Positions 1 through 13,079 of a DNA stretch of 64,000 nt are shown here, in pieces. The notes beneath the pieces were generated by a model, which was not told where the DNA came from, did not search any database, and was given only the letters and a program-made list of their open reading frames with translations. The position numbers were made by a program, and so were the translations under genes. Source of the DNA: Octopus sinensis (taxonomy: Eukaryota); the NCBI RefSeq assembly GCF_006345805.1, contig NC_043000.1:126108001-126172000 (forward strand), written 5' to 3'. Numbering within the stretch: the first letter of the stretch is position 1; each line of letters begins with the position of its first letter.

Positions 1-2880
1 GTGCTACTCTCTTTTGCCAGCTGAGTGGACTGGAGCAGTGGGAAATAAAATGCTTTGCTCAATAGCACAACACATTGCCAGGAATTAACCTCATGACCTT
101 ACAATCATGAGCCGAGTACTCTGACCACTAAGCCATATACCTTTACATGCATATACATAATGTGTTTGTATGTTTGTGTGTACCCTTGGCTAAACATCTC
201 ATCTTGTGGGGTAAATAAGCATCTTCATGAAGAAACGTCTGTTTCCAATCTTCTGCAAAAAATATGTCTAGTTTTAAGAAAATATTATTAAATTGAGAAA
301 TGAAGGAGGATTGGTGGCAGGAATTGCATCCTGCTATAGAAAAAATTTCATCTTACTCATGCAAGCATAGATAAGCAAGCATTTAATGATGATGATGGTA
401 GTGATTGTAGGTCTGTTAAATAATTTAATGAATTTGGCCAAATTTATAAGCACCATATTTGTTGATTCTTTTAATGGTTTTAGTGTATTGGCCTGACTCT
501 CCGTCAGTTACGACAACGAGTGTTCCAATTTATCTGATCAAAGGAACAGCCTACTCATGAAATTAATGAGCGACTGGTTGGGCACTACATACACACACAC
601 ACATGCATACCCTTAGCCTAGTTCTATATTAACCCTCTGAGCTTGAGTTTCACTGAGCAATCTCTTAAACCACTGTAAATTAATATTATCTTCAATAATG
701 TAGTTTCATTTTTATAATATTCAACTTTTATATCTTTACATATATCAGTAAAACCATGCCAAATTGGACAAGAGGTTTGAATAAATCAAGCTTACAGTTT
801 GAAAACAGACCCATGCTAGCATGGAAAGCGGATGATTAAACAAACACAGAAGTAAAACCATGCCAAAACAAGCACAGAAGTGTGGTGTAGCCTTCTTCTT
901 GACCAGTTTCTGTCAAACCATCCAACCTATGGTGCTGGTATGGCTTGTGGTTAAGAACTTTGCTTTGAAGCCATATGGTTTCAGGTTCAGTCTCACTGGA
1001 GTGTGTATGTATGCATTCATGCATGTATGTATGTCTGCACATGAGTATGAATTGCCTTGATACCACATGTTAATTGTAAACAAATTTCATCATCATAGAA
1101 GCAATACCGTTTGTTTGCAGTTTTTCATGCTTACATGCCCAGACTGGGAGAAAATATTACCTTACTCGGAAACAGATAAGTGATGGTGACTGGACAAGCA
1201 TTCAGCTGTAGAAAAATCTGCCTCAGCACATGTCATCTGACCCATATCAGCATAGAAGAGTAGATACTAATAATTATGATGAGACTTAATTTAACATTCC
1301 AAATATTCTGTTGTACTTTTAGAGAATTAATGTTGATTATAACATTTCAAACTGTAAGCTTGATTTATTCAAACCTCCTGTCCAATTTTACATAGTTCCA
1401 CCATGTTAATTGAAAATAATTATTTTAGGTTGCCCCGTGGAGTTTTAATTGCAATAAATACTTTCAATTAACTTAGTCTTTCGTTTATGAAGTGTATAGT
1501 CCGAGACACCAGCTGACAATATCCACATTATGGGAACAAATCCTAGGCCTTGTGGTTCCATATTGAACATAGCCACACACTCCTGCCTGCGCTTATGCAT
1601 GCACATATGTATGTATGTGTGTGTGTGTTTATGTATGTATAGGTACAGGTGTGATTGTATGGTTAGAAGTTTGCTTCCCAACCACTACATGGCACCTCAA
1701 AGCCCTGGGGTCAATTCACTCAACTAAAACGTCAAGGTGGTGCCCCAGCATGGCCACAGTCTAGTAATTAAACAAGTGAAAGAAGATGTGTGTGTACATG
1801 TATATACATATGTGTGTATATATGTATCATATACATATGTGTATGTGTCATGACCATCCATATTTTTTTTTATACCAGTGGCTACATTGTCCAATGTACT
1901 CATCATTGTTTAGAACAATGTGCAGTTTGGCTGTTGGTTCTTGCATGTTGAGTGACTAAGCAAGGACTCCCTCTTTGTAGTATATGAGCAAACAATCTTG
2001 TACATTGTTACTAAATTTGCTAGAAATGGAAGCCAAATTTACCTCTAATTACCATCCAGCCTCAACACCTGACACAAAGACTCCTCTCTCCATACTGCAC
2101 TGTCATTATGTCAAGGGGTTTTGTCTTGCAAGTTACTCAGTGACCTCACTAGTGTTGGTGCCATGAAGAAAGCGTTCAAAGTGGCCATCCTGGAGCTAAA
2201 TGGCAACCATTGTCTGGCACTATGCAATTTCTACCAATTCTACATTATCTTAATATAATTCCAGATTCTTTCATTCATTCAAGATCATTTTATTATTTTA
2301 CTGATTTTATTCTGGCCATGCTAGAGCACATCATTTAAAAGTTTTTGTCAGTTATTTCATCCAGTGTTTAGGCTTGTTCATATTTTATCAAATCACAAAT
2401 TTCACTAAAGTTTTCAGTCAGATCCCTTTTGGGGAGTTACATCCCTTGAGAACATAAATGCCATAAGTTATTACTACTGTCCAACACACCAATTTTATAC
2501 AGAAGTGTGTGTGTGCATGTATGTACACACACGCATGCATATTTATGAAGGCAAATGGCCTAGATGTTAGGCTGTTTCACTCACAATTGCAAGATCATGG
2601 TTTCAGTTCTCAGACCATGTGGTGCTTTGTGTTCTTGAGAAAAATACTTCACTTCGCATTGCTCCAGCCCCATTCAGCTGTAAATGAATAACCATCCAAT
2701 GAATCGGTGTCCGGTTGAGTGAGTATTATTGCGATCCCAGTCACTTTACACACACCAAGAAAAACAGATACTCAGCCATATGAGCCCTAAGACTCAAGAC
2801 AGTAATGTCCAGGGGTTGATTGTATGTTTGTATGTATGTATGCATGCATGCATGTTTGTATGTATGTTTTATGTATGTGT

Positions 2881-3480
2881 GTTTGTCATTATTCAGTTTA
2901 TTTCAAGGTTTCTTGCCAATAAAGAACCAGTTTCTAACCTAGATCCAAGGCTCCTTCATTGGAATTTCGACATCAACAACAGGGTATTTTTGTGTTTCTT
3001 TGTTTGTATGTATGTATGTATATATGTATGTAAGTGCGTGCAGATTTGTATGTTCATATATATTTAAATGATAAACTTCTGGAAATTTTTACAGATTTTT
3101 ACAGTTCCAGTGATGGATTGGATCTGTAGTCTTCAAATTAGATTTCTCCTTTCTGGTTTTGAGAAGCTTAATTTCTCAAGATTGGTATTTAGGCAGTGTG
3201 TTACATATCCCAGAGCCCCAATAATTACAGGTATAAACCTGAACTTATAATCTGGATAGAGTAACTGCAGATTGCTCAATATTTCAGCATAGGTGTTCTC
3301 TTTTTCACTGATCTTCAGCTTTATGTTAACATACACTGGGCAGCTAATTTCCACAACTGTGCACAGTTTCTCTTCTCTATCCCAAATCATTATATCAGGT
3401 CTGTCATTCTAATATTTTATTGAGGTCTTCATTGAGACATTCCACCGGTATTCTTTTTTATTATGAGTGGCGATGGCTTC
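2881..3480 (-). mobile_element. 5'-truncated R4/Dong-like non-LTR retrotransposon (restriction-like endonuclease domain + 3'UTR)
   Basis: Minus-strand translation ...RPDIMIWDREEKLCTVVEISCP..NIKLKISEKENTY..FIPVIIGALG..LQIQSITGTVKICKNFQKFII* (stop 3064-3066) has the PD..(D/E)..K RLE signature and the R4-type C-terminus. In-frame stops show it is degraded. (TATG)n flanks both ends. Confidence 0.8.
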
Positions 3481-3899
3481 TATGTATGTATGTATGTCCT
3501 CTACAGTTAGCCACCTGTTCTTGTCCCCTCTAAGTTACTTTAGCCTCAATGCCTCCATATTTGCACCCTCATGATGTCAAGGGGTTTTGTCTTGCAAGTT
3601 ACTTGGTGACTTCACTCGTGCTGGTGCCATGAAAAGAAGCACGCAGTAGAGAATGTAATTGGTGTTAGGAAGTGCCCCAGCCATAGAAACCTTATCAAAG
3701 CAGATATTGGAGTCCAATGCAATACTGGCTCATCGGACCCTGTCAAACCATCCCACCCATACCAACATGGATTATGGACATTAAATGATAACACACATAC
3801 ATGCATATATGCATGCATGCTCACTCACTCATACACACACACACACACACACACAAGGTTTGATCACAAAGGATCATGGTTAGTACAATAAAAAGAAAA

Positions 3900-4287
3900 A
3901 AAGAATGGCTGAGCTCCTTTTGAGTGTTGGGCCTCACGGAGGCAATGACCAAGACTTTTGGCATTATGCTGTGCTTGAGAAGAAAACCCATCAAACCAAG
4001 CAAAATCACAGTCATGGCAAATACTGCTGTCATGCAAATTGGCACCCATGCCAGTAGCATGTAAACACACCCTGGTGTCACACAAATGGCATCTGTGCCA
4101 GTGGCACGTAAAAGCATCCATTACACTCTCGGAGTAGTTGGCATTAAGAAGGGCATCCAGCCGTAGAAAACCATGCCAAATCAGACTGGATCCTGACACA
4201 GCCTTCCAGCGTGCCAGCCCAGTCTAACCATCCAACCCATGCCTGCATGGGCAACAGACATTAAATGATGATGATGATGATGATGAT
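3900..4287 (+). mobile_element. 5'-truncated RTE LINE 3' end with (GAT)n tail
   Basis: Starts with a degraded ORF end (RVLGLTEAMT..YAVLEK), then a 3'UTR with GTGCCAGTGGCACGTAAAAGC modules, ...CCATCCAACCCATGCCTGCATGG and a (GAT)n tail. About 20 related fragments occur in the window. Confidence 0.75.
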
Positions 4288-4299
4288 ATCAATTCAGCA

Positions 4300-4455
4300 T
4301 TTAATCTCATTTGAAGTAGTCCTCTTCTAAAGCCACACACTTTATCCAGCATCATATCCATTGATGGAAGCAATCCTGGAACTCCTTTTTCTGGGATAGC
4401 AAGCAGCTGCCTTGTTGCATTCACTTGGATTTCCTTAATGTCTTGAAATCTTGTT
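4300..4455 (-). mobile_element. mariner transposase C-terminal fragment (degraded)
   Basis: Minus strand reads TRFQDIKEIQVNATRQLLAIPEK /frameshift/ EFQDCFHQWI*CWIKCVALEEDYFK*D*, matching the mariner C-terminal pattern RF..EI..NAT..L.AIP...FQ.CF.QW..RW.KCV..EGDYFEGD. Confidence 0.75.
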
Positions 4456-4944
4456 GGCAGTGGATCTACTACTGTGAAAACTGAGCAGTGGTTTTGGGGT
4501 CATAGCTATAGACCCACAATTCAACACAATCAAAAGTGAAAGTTGTGGCGAAAGAGTCAGCAGAAGTTCACCATTACCTTCTGCCAGAGCTTAGGTGTTT
4601 CACTCATAAACATGCACATCACCTGGTCTGAGATTTGAACCTGTGATCCCTCAACTGCGAGTCCGCTTCTCTAACCACTAGGCCATGTGCCTCCACTAAA
4701 AATCAATGTACTGGAACTTATTCATTTATTTGAGTCTATTTCATTTACTGTTAAGACTCTCCAGTTTCTTGTACCAATAAACTTTATGCAGGAACTGTAT
4801 CCCCCACCTCTTTCTCTTTCCCTGCCCTTCTCTCTCTCTCTCCCCCTCTCTCTCTCTCTCCAACCCCACTATCCTCACAGCCCTGGACACTAAACTCTGC
4901 TTGCGAAGACCTGTTGAGGCAAGTGAAATCGAAATCAAATTTAA

Positions 4945-5437
4945 TGGCTGGCATTCGTGCTAGTCGAGCACTAAGAGCACCATCCGAGCATGATCGTTGC
5001 CAGAGCAGCTAACTGGCTTCCATGCTGGTGGCATGTAAAAAGCACCATTCAAGTGTGATCATTACTAGCGTCACCTTACTGGCACTTGTGCCAGTGGCAC
5101 ATGAAAAAACATTAAAGCGAGGTCATTAAAGCGAGAGTGTAGTGGGTGCTTTTACGTGCCACCAGCACGAGGGCCAGTATTGGCAATGGCCATGCTCAAA
5201 TGGTGTTTTTGACATGCCACCTGCACAGGAGCCCTCGTGCTGGTGGCACGTAAAAGCACCCACTACACTCTCGGAGTGGTTGGGCGTTAGGAAGGGCATC
5301 CAGCTGTAGAAACTCTGCCAGATCAAGATTGGAGCCCGGTGCAGCTATCTGTTTCGCCAGTCCTCAGTCAAACCGTCCAATCCATGTTAGCATGGAAAGC
5401 GGACGTTAAACAATGATGATGATGATGATGATGATGT
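4945..5437 (+). mobile_element. composite RTE 3'-end copies with internal inversion
   Basis: RTE 3'UTR modules and a (GAT)n tail ending ~5437. Perfect 43-bp inverted repeat at 5132-5174 / 5231-5273. Confidence 0.7.
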
Positions 5438-5508
5438 TATCTTTCCCCTGCTCTCTGTTTCATATTCTTCTGCTAACATTTCCCTGTTGTTTCTCTTTTT
5501 TTCTGAAG

Positions 5509-5721
5509 GTGGAGAAGACAGTATGAGTTTATGTTCGTTTGGAAGCCGTGCTGACCTGGACCGTCTCCATGAAGGCCCACTACCCACTTGGATCCAACAA
5601 GGAGAAGGTGTAATCGTCACGTCCTCTAAGGGATACTCTAAACCTGGAGTTGTTCAGTTTATTGGTACTGTTCACTTTGCTAGTGGAATTTGGATTGGAG
5701 TCGAACTAGACAATCCTGAAG
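5509..5721 (+). CDS. KIF13B: penultimate coding exon, N-terminal half of CAP-Gly domain, kinesin-3 KIF13B/Khc-73-like
   Basis: Polypyrimidine tract + AAG acceptor (5507-5508). Encodes GEDSMSLCSFGSRADLDRL...GVVQFIGTVHFASGIWIGVELDNPE(G), a clear CAP-Gly N-half. The KIF13B assignment rests on the C-terminal position of the CAP-Gly and the following tail, so other CAP-Gly proteins are not excluded. Confidence 0.8.
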
Positions 5722-6625
5722 GCATGTTAAATATATTTATTTGTTGTATTGTATAAGTTTTAAATGCTTTGCATTGCCAAAAATTAGAATTTTTGTAATT
5801 TTTTTCAGCTTTATATTATTTTGTGGCTGCATGTTTAAGAAGTGCGGCTTCAAGTTCAGTCCCACTACATGTCACCTTGGGCATATGTCTTCTACTACAG
5901 CTCCAAGCCAACCAATACCTTTTGAGTGAATTTGATTGGTGGAAATTATTTGAAAGCCCACTGTTTGTGTGTGTGTGTGTGCAAGTGCATGTGTATGAAT
6001 GCTTCCATCCTACATGCATTGCATGAAGAAGCACTGAGCCACATGTAGTAAAGTTTGTTGTGATTTCTCTGCCAGCAAATTATGTTCTAGCTCTGCACTT
6101 TTAAAAAACAGGTAAGAGCATCTGGTTGTTAAACAATGTTTTGTGTCTGACCCATGCCAGCATGGTAAAACAGACATAAAAACAAACCAACAAAGTACAA
6201 TTGCTGTTGTTTAGCTCAGCATCAAACCTCATTGAGCAAGCTTGTGCTCTAAAGCATTCCAATTATGACCACCTCATCATCTTAGGAGTTTCTTTCTAGG
6301 ACTCCATTGCCTGATGCAATCCCATTTTGTTTAAGATGGCAGGGGTTGGTTTGAGGGAGATTTAGCTGCTAATTTTAGCAAATCATGGGACAACACAGAG
6401 ACTCCCTTTGACAACAGAACTGAGACAATGGGTGACTTTAAGTGGTGTACTGTTTGGATATTGTCGTGTCCCATGACTGATTCAACTGGAATGAAAACAG
6501 TTAACTCCATTATTGATCTTCAATTCTAATCATTGTACCAGTAATTACCTCGTCCTTCAATTTGTGTGTTTTTCTATAAAAATTTCTTTTTCTCTATAGC
6601 TTTTTTTTCTTTTTCTTTGTTCTAG
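5722..6625 (+). other. GC-AG intron (904 bp)
   Basis: GAAG|GCATGT donor and TTCTAG| acceptor join to give GAA GGT AAA AAC GAT GGC (EGKNDG). The nearby GT at 5726 would create an immediate stop. Confidence 0.8.
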
Positions 6626-6978
6626 GTAAAAACGATGGCTCAGTCAATGGTTCTCGTTATTTCAAGTGTCGTTCAAAACATGGAATTTTCGTGCGACATG
6701 ATAAACTAATCTGGGACAAACGGCGTCGTAGCACAAAAAAAAATCAGTCAGGTTTGAGCAGCTACCATGCTAGCAACCGGCGAAGTCTCGGCAGCTTAAC
6801 AGCTGTCACTGGTTCCATTCCACTGTCACGTTCCAGCTCAAATCTCTCTGCTGCTGCTGTTGCTGTCTCAGTTGGTACTGGCAATGGAACCACTTCTTCA
6901 TCTTTGCCATCTACGGCTGGCACATCGCCATCTTCGTTCATGCGGCCAACTTCTGCAAGTTCTGCCAAGCGAAAATAA
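6626..6978 (+). CDS. KIF13B: terminal coding exon: CAP-Gly C-half (GKNDGSV) and Ser-rich tail
   Basis: (G)KNDGSVNGSRYFKCRSKHGIFVRHDKLIWDKRRRSTKK...SRSSSNLS...FMRPTSASSAKRK*, stop TAA at 6976-6978. The RRRST and S.SNL motifs resemble the vertebrate KIF13B tail. Confidence 0.85.
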
Positions 6979-7144
6979 CCATCTTCTTCCCTGTTTTTTT
7001 CGGCTCCTCCCCATTTCACCTTTGTCTAACTTACCCAGTTCTTTATATTATACAAAATATAACATGTCTGTCACCATCAAGTGTGCCATAATGCTATTTA
7101 AAACTACCAAACTACCAAACAAACCAACCACCATGCCAGCAGCA

Positions 7145-7196
7145 ATGATGATGATGATGATGACGACGATGACAACGACGACAACAACAACAACAT
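7145..7196. repeat. compound trinucleotide repeat (GAT)n-(GAC)n-(AAC)n
   Basis: atgatgatgatgatgatgacgacgatgacaacgacgacaacaacaacaac seen directly. Confidence 0.9.
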
Positions 7197-10100
7197 CTGC
7201 AACTACAGTGATAGTTATTTCAATTGTGTTTACTTTCACACCTGACGAGTGAGGTAAACGACAGTGAATAACCTGATTGTCGGGATTTTAGAATGATTTA
7301 TATTATTACATGGGGAGGTTGCATTGATCGCAGGAAGGAAGGTAGTATTGCCTCTCCCTTACTCACTTCTCTGCTCTTGGCTTTAGAAGAAGTGAAAGAC
7401 ATGGACCAAATAACTTAAATTAGCAGACACGCTTACCTTCTCTCTCTCTCCCTCTCTGTCACTTTCACTCAAATGATTATCTTCTTTCTAATTTTTTTTC
7501 CCCAATATTTATTTTTTAAATTAGATTCATCAGGTGGCTCTGTTATTGTTGTTGTTAATATTGCTGTTTTCTTCCCACTGGGCTCTTTCTCTCCCTTCAC
7601 ATAATCATCATAGAAGGCTAATCATACGATGTGATTCTATTAATTCCCTTTCCAAAGAGAGTGTTTTTGTTTGTTTTTTTTTCTGTTGTTGTTGCTGTTT
7701 TATTATTATTATTATTATCAATATTTAAAAAATATTATTACTATCATTATTATTATTGAGTTCTTGCTTTTATGTGCAGGAGCAAAGGGCCTCCCTGAAC
7801 CTTACCCTTATCACACAATTCTAACTTATCTTTTGAATTATTTACATGGGGGTATGGAAATTATGAAGGAAAGGAGGGGGGACATATTATTTTGAGTACA
7901 TTGGCATGAATGTATGTGTGTTTCATTTTAATATATACTAACACTATAAAACGGTAAAAGAACTGTCATTGTTGATGAAAAAACAATTTCTTTTTTTAGT
8001 TAACTGAAGTGGAAAAAGCAAAACGCATTAGAAACTTAGGTCTTTTGTTTCGTCTTGTTTGGTTTTTTCCACCCTTTGTTTCATTTTCGTCACAGATATT
8101 TCATAATGTTATTGAGCTTATTATATACGTAGGCTTCCTCCCATTCCCGACTCTTATGTTTTCATAACTGTTTTTTCACCCCCTTCATATTCTTGTTACT
8201 TTTAAGCTTACCCCCCCCACAAAACAAATCTTGGACTCAGTTGTACAGCTGGCCAAGTCCGGATGGTTGTACAACTGCAGAAGACATATCATTTTGCTCA
8301 TATATATATATATATCTATGTATATGCTGATTTGTAATATTTAGCAGCTAGTCACGTTTTTTTCATTTTTTTTTTTCTTCCGAAATTTGTTACTGATAGC
8401 AACTATTATAGATGAACAATTTTTTTGTGTTGCTTATCATCATCATCATTACCAACCAAGCTGGTATTTAGTTCGTTTTCTGTTTGTTTGTTTTTCGTTT
8501 TTATTGTTTTCGTTTACTGTTCTTTCAACTTCTAAGCTATGTATTATAAATTGACCAATCTCTTTCTTAATCTATTTCCATAAAACGGTCCCCTCAGCTG
8601 TTTCCTTCGACTTGTTGTTTGATACCTTCTACAACAGAAAGGATCAAATTTGTATAAAAGACCAGCTGTGCTGCTGCTGCTGATGTTGATGACCACCAAG
8701 GTGACATATTTCCCTAACTAAGAACTCTCAGAACATCCATCTCCTTTCATTAATTCCTATTTATCATTTGTAGAGCATTACTACTGAGAGCTCAGTTTTG
8801 GCTTGTCTTTCAAATGGAAAACAATATTCCCTCATTGGCTTAGGGCTCATGTGTTGTACACTGAGACTAGCTTTTATAGCTATTTGATAGACTCATAAAT
8901 TTATATATGTATATGTATGTTTGCATATGTATGTATGTATATATTATACACATACACACACACATGTATGACTACATACAGAATCCCCTGCCCCCAACTA
9001 CTACTACCACCACCACCAAATTTGTTTTTAGTAAATACATATGTAAATACGTATCTACATTCCAATTGCACCTTTTTTTTCATGTGTGCTAGTATATATG
9101 AATATTACATGCCGGCACACCAACCTTCAATGGCAATCTCCCTTTGCACTCACTCACTCACTCAATATAGCTTTTAACCCCTTAACTATCTGAGGATCTC
9201 TCAACTTTATTTCTTCAACTAGATTAGACTCTAACCAATATAAGATCTATCTTCTGAAAAAATCCCTCATCAATTTAAAATTGTTTCAACTGCCCTGAGG
9301 GTAGTAGTAAACTTTATATGATTATAATCTTGCGATTGTTATTTTTGTTTCAATTCCAAGTTAATTACCCCTTTTTTTAAAAAAAAAGAGCATTAATAAT
9401 TATTAATTATGAAGAAAAAAAATGCTTATTTTATTTGAGATTGGAACAGCTCATCAAATATATATGATATATATAAATATAATATATATAATATAAAACA
9501 TACCTGGAATTGAGTTATTCTTTAAAAAAATACATTCATTAAAACCATGAGTTTTCTAATACAAAAATATTCACATCTGTTGAGAACTAATTACAAAATA
9601 ATCAAACAATTAGAAAATTCATTTATCAAATGATATAAAAAAAACTGTCTAGAACAGAGAGAATTCCCTTCATGTTAATTTTATTTTGCTATTATTTTGA
9701 GCCCCAAATTACAGTAGCCTTCTCAGGAACTGTACGTAGTCACTGCTGACTGGAGCTTTGTCCATGTCTGTTCAACTGTTTGCTCATCTCAAAGAAAATC
9801 TACTTAGCATGCACAATTCACCAGAAAGTTAAATTTTTCTATGTACATATGTATGTATGGACGGATGGATAGGATGGGTAGGGTGTACTACATAGTTGTA
9901 GGAGAGGTCAAATAAGTTAATAACATACTACTTGACTCTATAAACTACCTTTAAAAAAAATAGGCAAATTTTAACTTTATGCTTTTGTTATTATTTTTAA
10001 TGATAATAAGAAGGAGGCGGTGAGCTGGCAGAAATAGCATGCCAGATTAAATGCCTGATAAAATCTCATCTCACCTTTCTATATTCAGAGTTCAATTCCC

Positions 10101-11952
10101 ACCACGAATATACTTTGCTGTATATTCCCTCTTTGGGAATCAATAAGTACCAGTTATAAACTGGTTTCTTCAATTGCCTATATTTTCCTCCCCTACAAAA
10201 TTGGCCCAAATACCTAAGTAAGAAATCATTATTAATGATAATTAAGCTGACAATGGTAGTAATTTATTATCATTGTGATTGAGCAATTTATAATCTTATT
10301 GAACAAAAATTTAAATTAATATTTCTGTATTCTGAAATTTTTGACAATATATTCACCGCTAATTTCCTCTAAACCACATGGATTTCGTTTTGTGACACAA
10401 ATAAGCAAGATTTAGATTCTACAAGCTTCCAATTTCTGCTAGATTCTGTTTGAATGTTGGTGTGATTTTAATTTGGATTAAAGATGAACAGGTTTAAAAT
10501 AAGATAACTTTAAGGATAATCTTTTGATGTTGTATTTATTATTTTTAAAATTCTTGAAAAGAGAAATGTAAATTGTGGAATTTGTTGTTGATTCTTTTCT
10601 CCGGTTAGAAAACTGTATTTAATTTACTTTTAGACGATACACCGAAATCTCTCTTAGCACATATCATAAACTCAATTAAACATGAATAGTGTTGTAACAT
10701 TTAAAGTTTAGTTTTTTGAAGTTATTTATTATAAAACTTTCATCTTTCGCTAACACTCAACTCTTTGTCTATTTAAAATTCTCAATGATTTTTTTTTTCC
10801 TTTTTGATAATAAGACTTGTTTATTTGAGTGATTATTAATGGGACCAAAACAAGCTTAGCTAAGGCTTCTCCTATTACCTGTATAGTTAGCTTATCAACA
10901 ACTCAACATTTGACTGCAGAAACCTTACACTTTACCAGAAACTAATTTACTCAATGAAAATAAGACATTTTTAATAATAGAAAATCTATTTATTTGATTA
11001 GATTATATAATTGCTTTCAAACCATCATCATCTCTGTAAGCTCCTTACAAAACATAGAATGGTTTAGTCTAATAGGGTAATTGATGAGACTGAAATTTTT
11101 TATTTTACCAATGAAATACAGTAAGCTAAAAAATCTGTAAAAGTCTGTGTTGGCTTTCCTTTTTCTCTTGTGTTTCAAGAATTGGCATATTTATTTCTTC
11201 TCTAACAGCTACATAGTATTTAATAATGTGCTTTGGACTGGGAACCAAATTATATTTTTTATTTGTTCGAAGATAGTGAAAGCAAAGCAAAGAATGGACT
11301 GCCATATACAATTGAAGCTTCTAGCAATTTCAGTTCTTATAAAGTTATTTGGTTCCTGTTTTAATCTTGAACATATAAATTTATCTTTGCAAACTAGGTT
11401 CTGTGCATTCAATCAAGCAGCATTTCTGGTAAGACCTGAATACAATAGCTTTTAATTCTAAAATTATTGTTTAAAAGTATTGACTGTATAAACTCTTTAA
11501 ACTAAAAATGCTTTTTAGCTTTAAAAATAATCTATAATTTTCACCTGCCCATTGCATCAAGGTAAGAAGCTTTATCAGTAATTTGATAATTTCAGTATTA
11601 AAGAAAGGTGTCCTATCTTGCATTAAAGTTGATACAAGTAAATCAATTGTTTGGCTGTGTGTGTATGTGTGAGTATATTGGTTCCGATAAGACAGATGCC
11701 AATATTACTCTTCTCTCTCTCTCTCTCTCAATGTAATTTCCACAGCAGAGCAACCTACACATGTACATAGACATTGGTTGTGAGACTGTGATCATGCTGC
11801 AGCAAGGACCAAAAGCAGCCTGCTGTGTAATTGTGATCTTCCTAAGGTATAAAACTGAATCAGATGCATGCTCTTTAAAGGTACCAGCTCTTAAGCAGTT
11901 AATCTTAGCTTCAGCAAGAAATTAGTTCCACTGTCGAAATGATGGGAAGCAG

Positions 11953-12026
11953 TTTTATTTATTTATTTATTTGAAAGGGAGATCATTATTTATTTATTTA
12001 CTTATTTATTTCAATTTATTTATTTT
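11953..12026 (+). promoter_or_regulatory. cluster of overlapping AUUUA pentamers (candidate AU-rich element), with a 29-T run at 12133-12161
   Basis: (TATT)n arrays give many overlapping ATTTA inside the inferred 3'UTR. They could equally be a neutral microsatellite. Confidence 0.35.
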
Positions 12027-12129
12027 GCTTAATATTTTCTCCCAACTGCTTCCGTTTTTCTGTAGCAACGCACCCACATCAGTTATATATTATATATGTC
12101 CAGCACTCCCCACCCTTTTGATTTTTTTT

Positions 12130-12161
<32 letters not shown>

Positions 12162-13073
12162 GTAAGTAAAATATTTGGCTGACTCTCAAGCAGAAATGTT
12201 CTGCTCAGCAAATGATGTGTTTGGCATCAAATTCAGACAGCTGTTTCATTTGCTTACGTGTTAAGATTAAAATTGTGTTGTAAAACTTACATTTGTGTGA
12301 TTCAATAAATAGTTAGATGTTCCCAGAGATCTACTTGTGACTACACCTGCCATAGTTTTCATCTCCATGGCAAGTTTACTCTCCTCCCCCACCCCACCCC
12401 CACTCCACTTCATTTTATATAACAGTGAGTGTTGTTTTTGTGGCCATTGTATATAAGTGATATGATCTGTGATCCTCTGCCTTCTACGAAGGTTGTACTA
12501 GTTCATGTAGGAGATTGTAAGAACTTTCATTTCAGAATGGCTCCTTTCTCTTGCAGCTTCTGTCAGTTTAAAGAAAAAAAAAGAAAAAAACTTTCCTGAG
12601 ACTTTTCTGCATCAAAGAAGTCTTTGTTCTAATTAAAATTGCTTAGTTAAAATATTAATTTTTTAATTTTTTTTTTACCTTTAGACAGTCTAAATTTCCA
12701 GGCAGATTCTGTAATTGTGATCGTTTCTCCACCCCCTGACCCCCTCGCAAGACCTTCATGACATAGTACAACTTAAGGCCAATGCAACACTGATAGAGAA
12801 GAAACTCAACAAAAACTGATGCTACTTCAAAGGACTTTGTTTTGCACCTTTTGTTTATCTAATAATTAATGAGAATAGACAAATTTGGTTCCAAACCCAG
12901 GCCACAGATCTCAACATCTCAAAAAAAAAAAAACAACAAAATTAAATAAAAAGTCTAGGCTCTACTTCATATTTGACTTTAACCTTTAACAAAACCCTTC
13001 ATCTTTGATTGTTCAGTTTCCTTGTATCCCTTTATTAAATCTGGTTTAAAAAACAAAGTTGTTCAAAAATGTG

Positions 13074-13079
13074 AATAAA
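13074..13079 (+). terminator. candidate polyadenylation signal (KIF13B-like)
   Basis: AATAAA followed after ~15-60 nt by GATTGTTGTATT...TTGTTTTTC U/GU-rich sequence. A second AATAAA lies at 12945-12950. Confidence 0.5.
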
